Assembly: GCF_006345805.1 (NCBI RefSeq)
Contig: NW_021828476.1
Location: forward strand, 1-8,224
Direction: 5' to 3'
From: Octopus sinensis
Lineage: Eukaryota
Length of the DNA: 8,224 nucleotides
How positions within the stretch are numbered: position 1 is the first letter of the stretch; the number at the start of each line of letters is the position of its first letter. Positions 1 to 7,221 of the stretch are shown piece by piece. The notes under the pieces are model-generated. The model ran no database searches. It saw nothing but the letters and a program-made list of their open reading frames with translations, and was not told the origin of the DNA. The position numbers and the translations under genes were made by a program.

Positions 1-235
1 ATTTTCTGTATGTATGTTATGTGTTTGTAAGTCCTGGCGTTTTTGTTATGTATTTGTCTGAATAGTTTTTTATCATGCTAATGCACCTGCTGTGATAGGA
101 ATGGTTTCTGTTTTTAGATTCCACATTCTGGTTACCTCATTTCCAGGTCTTTGTATTTTGAAAGTTTCTCCATTTCTTTTAGGAACACGTTGTCATCTGC
201 CGCTATTGATACATCAATTAGAAAGCATTTTTTTT

Positions 236-237
<2 letters not shown>
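1..237 (-). mobile_element. 5'-truncated R4/Dong-clade non-LTR retrotransposon fragment (copy A), C-terminal RLE region; continues off the left edge
   Basis: Manual minus-strand translation, bridging 1-nt indels, gives KCFLIDVSIAADDNVFLKEMEKLSKYKDLE-EVTRMWNLKTETIPITAGAL-MIK..SDKYITKTPGLTN. This matches the D..K..KY..L..E..RMW...IPI..GALG pattern of R4-clade RLE domains. Near-identical to 575-799. Confidence 0.88.
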
Positions 238-292
<55 letters not shown>

Positions 293-307
293 ATTATTAT
301 TATATTA

Positions 308-353
<46 letters not shown>

Positions 354-432
354 TATTATTATTATTATTATTATATTATTATTATTATATTATTATATTA
401 TTATTATTATTATTATTATTATTATGATTATT
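238..432. repeat. (ATT)n/(AAT)n microsatellite, about 195 nt, with scattered 1-nt interruptions
   Basis: Seen directly; separates LINE copies A and B. Confidence 0.98.
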
Positions 433-843
433 CAGTAGTTTTTTTTTATAGCGTGCTTTCACTTCACTACCGAGGCAGCTTGTGTGCCTTGGTATGTTGC
501 TGTGATTTGTTTCTGTGATGACTATGATGGTTATTGTATGAAAAGTGTTCTGCGTAGGATGTGTGCAGTGCCTAGTGTGCAATTTTCTGTAGGTTATATG
601 TGTTTGTAAGTCCTGGCGTTTTTGTTATTTTTTGTATTTGTATGAATAGGTTTTATCAGGCCTAATGCACCTGCTGTGATAGGAATTGTTCTGTTTGTAG
701 ATGTAGATCTACATTCTGGTTACCTCTATTTCCAGGTCTTTGTATTTTGAAAGTTTCTCCATTTCTTTTAGAGACACGTTGTCATCTGCCGGTATTGATA
801 CACGTTGTCATCTGCCGGTATTGATTCATCTGCCAGTATTGAT
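433..843 (-). mobile_element. 5'-truncated R4/Dong-clade copy B with complete 3' UTR and a rearranged 5' junction
   Basis: Minus strand encodes the RLE C-terminus (...EMEKLSKYKDLEIEVTRM...QKIA-LGTAHILRRTL) ending at the TAA at 531-533. A 3' UTR of about 98 nt ends ...AAACTACTG and is followed directly by AATAAT. Homologous to 1-210 and 944-1151. Confidence 0.9.
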
Positions 844-867
844 TTATTATTATTATTATTATTATTG

Positions 868-943
<76 letters not shown>
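844..943. repeat. (ATT)n microsatellite, about 100 nt
   Basis: Seen directly; one ATTGAT interruption at 864-869. Confidence 0.98.
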
Positions 944-946
<3 letters not shown>

Positions 947-1151
947 TAGTTTTATTTTTATAGCGTGCTTTCACTTCACTACCGAGCGCAGCTCTGTGTG
1001 CCTTGGGTATGTGCTGTGATTTGTTGTGATGCTCTGATGGTTATTGTATGGAAAGTGTTCTGCGTAGGATGTGTGCAGTGCCTAGTAGTGCAATTTTCTG
1101 TATTTATATGTGTTTGTAAGTCCTGGTGTTTTTGTTATGTATTTGTCTGAA
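944..1151 (-). mobile_element. Short 5'-truncated R4/Dong-clade copy C (last ~36 codons plus 3' UTR)
   Basis: Minus strand reads SDKYITKTPGLTNTY-QKIALLGTAHILRRTLSIQ* (stop at 1041-1043). The 3' UTR ends ...ATAAAACTACTG|AATAAT, the same 3' junction as copy B. Confidence 0.9.
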
Positions 1152-1250
1152 ACAATATTATATTATTATCATTATTATTATTTATATGTTATTATTATTA
1201 TTATTATTATTAATTATTATATGATTATTATTATTATTATTATTATTATA
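1152..1250. repeat. Degenerate (ATT)n microsatellite
   Basis: Seen directly; 5' flank of copy C and 5' flank of the SINE at 1251. Confidence 0.9.
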
Positions 1251-1464
1251 ACGGCGACAAGCTGACAGAACCTCAGCACGCCGGGCGAAATGCTTAGCGG
1301 TATTTCGTCTGTCTTTTACTTTCCGAGTTCAAATTCCATCGATGTCGACTTTGCCTCTCGTTCGTTCGGGCTCGATAAATTAAGTACCTGTTGCGTACTG
1401 GGTCGATCTGATCGACTGGACTCCTCATCAAAAATTCATGGCCTTGTGCCTAGAGTAGAAAAGA
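1251..1464 (+). mobile_element. tRNA-derived SINE (Octopus-type family), full length, diverged
   Basis: Box A-like GCTGACAGAACC (1261-1272) and box B GAGTTCAAATTCC (1325-1337). The body GTCGACTTTGCC...GATAAATTAAGTACC is the reverse complement of the repeats at 1947-2730. Tail GGCCTTGTGCCTAGAGTAGAAAAG is followed by a simple repeat. Confidence 0.85.
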
Positions 1465-1545
1465 TTCTTCTTCTTCTTCTTCTTCTTCTTCTTCTTCTTC
1501 TTCTTCTTCTTCTTCTTCTTCTTCTTCTTCTTCTTCTTCTTCTTC
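1465..1545. repeat. (TTC)27 perfect microsatellite at the SINE 3' end
   Basis: Seen directly. Confidence 0.98.
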
Positions 1546-1690
1546 ATATATTTACATACATGTTTATGCATGAACATACATGCATATATATATTTTTATA
1601 TATAAGTATCTGTATACATATGTTTGCGCGCACGCGAACGAGTCTGTGTGTGTATACAAATATATATAGATATTTGTATGTATAGCTGCA
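1546..1690. repeat. TA/CA/TG low-complexity region
   Basis: Interspersed short (TA)n, TACA and (TG)n runs. Confidence 0.6.
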
Positions 1691-1946
1691 AACAGGTAGG
1701 TATAAATGAACACTATTATAGAAAGAAACAGACGTAAAATATAAAAAAAATCATTAGAAATGCTAATCAAATGTTAAAATAGTATCAATGGGTTTGCAGA
1801 AAACACCCCAGAGGGTGTTCTTTCTGCTAGTCTTAATAATGCCAGTGATGATGATAAGGATAATGATGACGTCAACAACGAGAAACTGCTGCTAATGTTA
1901 ATGTAGGCAACAGTGATGGTCGTGAGAATTATCATAATTTTAATAA

Positions 1947-2141
1947 TTTCTTTTATTGGCACAGGACCTAATATTTTGAAAGGGAGTCTAGTCGATCACA
2001 TTGACCCTAGCGCTCTACAGGTACTTATTTTATTGACACCTCAAAAGGATGAAAAGCAAAGTCGACCTCGGTGGAATTTAAATTCACTACGTAAAGACGG
2101 ACGAAATACCATTAAGCATTTTGTCTGGGGTGCAAATGATT
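1947..2141 (-). mobile_element. Older tRNA-derived SINE, same tail type as 1251-1464, head clipped by the adjacent trimer
   Basis: Reverse complement gives AAAATGCTTAATGGTATTTCGTCCGTCTTTACGTAGTGAATTTAAATTCCACCGAGGTCGACTTTGC...GATCGACTAGACTCCC...GGTCCTGTGCCAATAAAAGAAA, colinear with the SINE at 1251. Confidence 0.82.
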
Positions 2142-2143
2142 TT

Positions 2144-2730
2144 TATTTCTTTATTGCTCACAAGGAGCGAAACATAGAGGGGACTAACAAGGACAAACAA
2201 AGGGATTAAGTCGATTACATTGACCCTAGTACTTAATTTATCGACCCCGAAAGGATGAAAGGCAAAGTCGTCCTCGGCGGAATTTTGACTCAGATCGTAA
2301 CGGCAGACGAAATACCTATTTCTTTACTACCCACAAGGGGCTAAAATCAGAGAGGACAAACAAGGACAGACAAAAGGATTAAGTTGATTACATCGACCCC
2401 AGTGCGTAACTGGTACTTAATTTATCGACCCCGAAAGGATGAAAGGCAATGTCGACCTCGGCGGAATTTGAACTCAGAACGTAACGGCAGACGAGATACC
2501 TATTTCTTTACTACCCACAAGGGGGTAAACACAGAGGGGACAAACAATGACAGACAAACGGATTAAGTCGATTACATCGACCCCAGTGCGTAACTGGTAC
2601 TTAATTTATCGACCCCGAAAGGATGAAGGCAAAGTCGACCTCGGCGGAATTTGAACTCAGAACGTAGCGGCAGATGAAATACGGCTACGCATTTCGCCCG
2701 GCGTGCTAACGATTCTGCCAGCTCGCCGCC
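2144..2730 (-). mobile_element. Head-to-tail SINE trimer: one full head (2501-2730) plus two headless units (2317-2500, 184 nt; 2144-2316, 173 nt)
   Basis: Three colinear units, each starting TATTTCTTTA on the + strand. Only the 2501-2730 unit has the 5' head GGCGGCGAGCTGGCAGAATCGTTAGC (box A). Box B GAGTTCAAATTCC is present in two units and mutated in the third. Confidence 0.92.
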
Positions 2731-2772
2731 TTTTTATGAGTATTTTTAATACTGATGATGGTGAAGTTTATT

Positions 2773-2936
2773 GCCGAGATGGTGGCACAACGCTAGAACG
2801 TCGGAAAAGCTGTTTCGTATTTATCTCGCTGGTTGTTCTGATTTTTTTTCAAATCTTAATTCAAATCCCCACGAAGCCAATAAAATGACGTACTAGCTTC
2901 AAAATTGCTGGCCTTGTCCCTAATTTAGAAACAATT
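2773..2936 (+). mobile_element. Highly decayed SINE relic
   Basis: GGTGGCACAACGCTAGAACGTCGGAAAA resembles the SINE head, TTCAAATCCC resembles box B, and AAAATTGCTGGCCTTGTCCCTAATTTAGAA resembles the tail of the 1251 SINE. The middle is largely lost. Confidence 0.5.
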
Positions 2937-2991
2937 TTAATTATATCCGTTATGATTTGGAAAAAAGCAAAATAGTTCTTGTGGAAAATGA

Positions 2992-3029
2992 CAACGGGTA
3001 CATCATCAACGGGTATATCATCAACGAGT
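2992..3029. repeat. 15-nt tandem repeat, 2.5 copies (CAACGGGTAYATCAT)
   Basis: caacgggtacatcat / caacgggtatatcat / caacgagt. Confidence 0.85.
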
Positions 3030-3056
3030 TAATGATGTTAATTACGATGCTGCTAC

Positions 3057-3097
<41 letters not shown>

Positions 3098-3320
3098 CCG
3101 ATAACTATAACAACTACCACGATGATTGTAATCATGATAATGTCGACGATGGATGCTGCTGCTGCTACTGCTGCTGCTGATCATGGTGTCGACGATTATG
3201 TTGATGATGATAGTGATGGAGATGATGGAGATGATGATAATGATAACATGACGAGGACGATGATGACAAAGAAGACGATGATGATGTCAATGATGATGAT
3301 TATGATGACCATAATGACAA
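3030..3320. repeat. Compound trinucleotide low-complexity region (GAT, GCT, GAC, ACT)
   Basis: (GAT)n core at about 3058-3097, (GCT)n at about 3153-3179, degenerate GAT/GAC around them. Confidence 0.9.
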
Positions 3321-3385
3321 TATGGCGTTGTTATGAAAAACATGGTTCTGTTCGTTTGATTTTTAGTTAGTGATAATGATGATGC

Positions 3386-3418
<33 letters not shown>

Positions 3419-3450
3419 AGTAGTAGTAGTAGTAGTAGCAGCAGCAGCAG
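3386..3450. repeat. (GTA)n grading into (GCA)n
   Basis: Seen directly. Confidence 0.95.
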
Positions 3451-3729
3451 AGCGATGAGTACGAGTAAGAGGTGGGTGGAGTAAGAAGAAGGTCAGGGTA
3501 AGAGATGGAGATTTTTGACGGAAGTTTTGATGAATTGCGTCTGTTGCTAATTTCATTTCGTATAATTTCTCAAATATTTCTTGTAGAATTAGAAAAAAGA
3601 AAAATGAAAGAAATTTACTGAAATAATTGAACTGAAATTAAAAGATAAAACGAAAAGCAAAAAGCAAAAAGCAAACCAAATAGACAAATATGTAAAACAT
3701 AAACATACATACACGTTTATATGCTGAGC

Positions 3730-3734
3730 TATAT

Positions 3735-3790
<56 letters not shown>

Positions 3791-3816
3791 TATATATATG
3801 TACATATATATAGAAG

Positions 3817-3847
<31 letters not shown>

Positions 3848-3950
3848 TATTTTACATACATATTATATATTCATATATATGTATATATATATATATGTAT
3901 ATATAATCATATATATTATATATATATCTGTATATATATATATGCATATT
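3730..3950. repeat. Interrupted (TA)n microsatellite
   Basis: Seen directly. Confidence 0.95.
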
Positions 3951-4007
3951 TGTATATAATGTATATGTATGCCTTTCTCTATGTGTTATACATCGCTATC
4001 TCCTACA

Positions 4008-4152
4008 TAATACATACATACATACATACATACACACACACACATATATATATATATATATTACACACACATACACACATATATATATATTCCCATGCAC
4101 CCACACACATACATATACAGGCGTACACACTTTCCTACACACACATACACAC
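4008..4152. repeat. Compound (TACA)n/(CA)n/(TA)n microsatellite
   Basis: Seen directly. Confidence 0.9.
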
Positions 4153-4466
4153 TCATCTATACGTGTGTTTGCAAAAATTAAAAGTTTGCTGTGTCACATA
4201 ACTATTTATACCCTCATGTTTAAATTTCGTGTCTGAAGTTATTAACTCGTCAACTTCATATTGGAAACTTGCTAATTAGTCGCCATTAATCATTTTGTTT
4301 TAAAGCATGTTGGCTTGGTATCAGATCCGTAGGGGGTGGCCAGGAGATGAAGTTGTCGGAGTTGACGTCATAACTACATAAACGTTAGTAGGTTGTGTTA
4401 CTGGTATTGCGCATGGTGTTTTTTTTTTCCTGTCCATACCACTATGAAAACAACGCATTTGCCGAA

Positions 4467-4574
4467 TTCTTCTTCTTCTTCTTTTCTTCTTCTTCTTCTT
4501 CTCTTCTTCTTCTTCTTCTTCTTCTTCTTCTTCTTCTTCTTCTTCTTCTTCTTCTTCTTCTCTTCTTCTTCTTC
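4467..4574. repeat. Imperfect (TTC)n microsatellite
   Basis: Seen directly. Confidence 0.96.
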
Positions 4575-4577
4575 TCC

Positions 4578-4715
4578 TCATAATCATAATAATAACAATA
4601 ATAATAATAATAATAATAATAAAATAATAATAATGTAATAATGATGATGACGATGATGACGACGATAACGATAATTACAGTAGTGGTAGTAGTGGTCCTA
4701 ATTTTAGTAGTAGCA
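4578..4715. repeat. Compound (AAT)n-(GAT)n-(GAC)n-(GTA)n microsatellite
   Basis: Seen directly. Confidence 0.88.
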
Positions 4716-4815
4716 ACAACATAATCAATAATAAAAACAACAAATAAAACAGTAATATTAAGAGAAAATAAACACCGTTTATTAGGAAGTCAAAAACAAA
4801 AACAAAAAATAGTAT

Positions 4816-4873
4816 TTTCTTCTTCTTCTTCTCGTCTCCCTTCTCCTCTTTCTCCATCACCTTCATCTTCTTC
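4816..4873. repeat. CT-rich degenerate (TTC)n tract
   Basis: Seen directly. Confidence 0.8.
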
Positions 4874-4974
4874 CGCATTGTTTACGCAGACATATTCATA
4901 TACGAAAAGTCGTAAGTGTCAGTGGTGGCTCCGAATGCTATGCAAAACATGTAGAGACAAACTTAAAAACAAAG

Positions 4975-5495
4975 CTATTATATACTGCATAATTTAGTAG
5001 GGATGTTGTCTTGAGGTTTGGTTGCAACACATTTCCTCCAATCACAAGGATCTTTCTGAAGATTCTCATTGAATACAGGATTGCACTTTTATGCGGGTCG
5101 ATAGTGCGACACCTAATTCCAGTACTCTTCAGACACTTAGGCAGCTGCTTCTGGTTCGTGCCCATTCCACTCTTCTGCTACTTTAAATGGACACAATTGG
5201 CTAACATCCCAATGCACTCTCTTACCGACACAGTCATGCCTGTACATATATTTTTATGCAAAAACTTACTGCAAACGTTGACGGGATGGTTAATACTTTC
5301 GTTTCTTTTTCCATAGATTTAGCGTTTGCTGTATGATTTCTTTTTATCAATCTTTGTCAAATTCGTTCTTATAGCTTGTTCATAAATGGCTGTAAATAGC
5401 AATTAGGTTTCTCTCGCTTCAGGTTTCCATCTGTCAGCCACTGCTAGCGTTCTTTACTTCCAACATCTTCGGTCAGTTACATGAGTTCCGTATGA
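4975..5495 (-). mobile_element. Decayed R4/Dong-clade fragment (copy E, a separate subfamily) with an internal deletion of the RLE core
   Basis: Minus strand, bridging frameshifts: QWLTDGNLKRE..LFTAIYEQAIRTNLTKIDK...NESINHPVNVCSK...RHDCVGKRVHWDV...EWNGHEPEAA, joined directly to PKCLKSTGIRCRTIDPHKSAILYSMRIFRKIL. Both boundaries are approximate. Confidence 0.8.
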
Positions 5496-5496
5496 A

Positions 5497-7216
5497 ATTC
5501 ACTTCTCAGAGCTCTCAATTTCATTTACTCCGGCTAATTCTGTAAGAGCGGACAATAACCTGTTGTCAAGGCTCTCACATGGTCTCTTTCTACGATACTT
5601 AACACCCAAGTACCAATCTCAAAATTCTCGCTCTCCCTAATAAAGAGGTTTTCTGAGCTTGTTCTACCCTTATGTCAATCCCAATATCTCCAACAAGATT
5701 TCTTTGTTATTAATAGTTCTACTACTCCCACAACTACTTGGATGACAGTTCTTTTCTTCATTCATGCAATCTCACCTTTTAGAAGTTTGTACTTATCAGT
5801 CTTTTTCATTTCTTTCTCATCCACTTGTACATCCCCAGGTATGGCAATGTCTACGATCTTGGTTTCCTTCATCATTTTGTCAACTACAACAATATCTTGC
5901 TTCCGAACATCAATCGCTGAATCACACTCGATTGTAAAATCATCAGAGATCTTATACTCATTATTCTCGGTGACGCCTTCTGGATTATGTTCATATCATT
6001 TCAATGTCCCTTGTACACTGTACTTCTCACATGGTCTCCAATGAACATACTTGACTTCTTTACCTCTTTTTGTATTCTTCTTGAGCCAAATTTCTACTCT
6101 CAGTCACAATTTGTGAAACTGTTTCGTTTTTGCTGTCGCACATTATACAAAAAGGCAATTCACTATTATCTTTTTGGAACTTCGTTTAACTAGTTCTCAG
6201 AGCTTGTTCCTGAACGTTGCATATCAATCCTTCAACGCATACTTTCAGATCATTTTTCCTTACCCATCTCCAGGCAATGTTCTTCTCTTTCCTTTCTATT
6301 TTTCTGAGGCATTGTCCGTGTCGCTTTCATTTTCCAGTTGTTCAGCCTTTGTTCTCCATCTTGTTTTTTAATGCTTTTGGGTGTATTGCATTTTCACTTA
6401 ATATCGTGTTGCCATTTCTAAGAGCAACAACCAAAGTTTCAGTCTGCTGTTTGACGTACCATCCCAGACTGTTTTCCCTATTGGCAACAAAGATCTTATA
6501 TCCTACGAGACCGCTTCATCCTTTGTTTCTAGGCACATACAGTCTACCGAGATCGCTTTAAGGGTGCAGTTACTTGATAATTGTCATCCCTTTCCTGGTT
6601 TTTCTATCCATTTCCCCAAGCTCGTTCTTTGTCCATCTAACAATATGTGTACCATATCACATTAAAGAGATAGCCCATGTATCCATTGCCCTGATCTTGT
6701 TCTTTCCATTGAGTCTACTCTCCATAATTAATTCGGTTCTACTAAGGTGTTCTCACCTAAAGATATCCTTCAACTCATTCTCCTTAATTTTGTTGTACTA
6801 CAAAATACCCAGCTACTTATATCCGTCCAACACATTCTCATGCCGTTGGGTATTTCTGCAACATCAAATGAGAATGTTTTACTTTTTTAATGATAAGCAT
6901 GCTACACATTTTAATACCAAATTCCATTCCGATATCCTTACTGAATATCTGTACTATTGAAACCTGACTAATTATTTCACATTCACTCTCTTCGAAGTCA
7001 TCCATTTTTTAAGATGTACCCCGATGTCACTTACCAAGTATCTGCGTGAGGAGTACCATACAAATCACAGAGAGCAATGTGAAGTGTGCCTCCCTTGGTA
7101 TTAACCTTCGCCAGAAAGTCTCCCCATGATGTTAACTCTCTATTCCAGTTCTTCATTGATCTGACAAAATGTAAAATGTTCTTAGAAACCTTTACCAACT
7201 AAAGACTTTCTAAAAC
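5497..7216 (-). mobile_element. Decayed R4/Dong-clade retrotransposon (copy D): second half of RT, zinc knuckle, RLE and 3' UTR
   Basis: See the pseudogene feature. A ~100-nt 3' UTR follows the TAA at 5599-5601 and ends near ...GAGCTCTGAGAAGTGAA at about 5497. Confidence 0.9.
5599..7216 (-). pseudogene. Disrupted RT-RLE ORF of copy D
   Basis: Manual translation: SMKNWNRELTS; MDD (6997-7005); IFSKDIGMEFGIKMC; GYK*LGIL; LNGKNKIRAMDTWA; WTKNELGEMDRKTRK; LHP*SDLGRLYVPRNKG; WVRKNDLK..EGLICNVQEQALRT; degenerate CCHC knuckle CIMCDSKNETVSQIVTES (6096-6149); RKQDIVVVDK..KIVDIAIPGD..EKEMKKTDKY (5790-5905); QKTSLLGRARILRLVLGC*. At least 10 in-frame stops plus several frameshifts. Confidence 0.9.
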
Positions 7217-7221
7217 TCAGT

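Noticed and set aside
238-432. Coded periodicity in the interruptions of the (ATT)n tract
   Set aside because: Single-base indels are irregularly spaced and compatible with slippage or long-read error.
92-438. Poly-Leu/Ile/Tyr ORFs (also 1290-1685, 2950-3556, 3589-4201, 4321-4878)
   Set aside because: Translations of microsatellites; no domain evidence.
1261-1340. tRNA gene (also 2650-2730)
   Set aside because: Box A/B are present but there is no complete cloverleaf, and the sequence continues into a SINE body and tail.
2501-2520. SINE tail GGTAGTAAAG resembling the Dong 3' UTR GGTAGTGAAG (SINE-LINE partnership)
   Set aside because: Only a 9/10-nt match, not extended on either side and not at the LINE terminus; insufficient for a shared tail.
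1913-2566. ORFs 1913-2209 and 2384-2566 with repeated RPRWNLNS/RPRRNLNS peptides
   Set aside because: Antisense translation of tandem SINE units, not a protein repeat.
1867-4370. Two TGACGTCA (CRE) palindromes at 1867-1874 and 4363-4370
   Set aside because: Isolated 8-mers 2.5 kb apart; the first arises within GAT/GAC low-complexity sequence; no promoter context.
4300-4460. Possible host exon (minus-strand PCAIPVTQPTNVYVVMTSTPTTSSPGHPLRI*)
   Set aside because: Short, no recognisable domain and no convincing polypyrimidine acceptor. It cannot be excluded without RNA-seq.
5742-6960. Plus-strand ORFs (5011-5316, 5742-6960, 7900-8160)
   Set aside because: Antisense shadows of LINE coding sequence.
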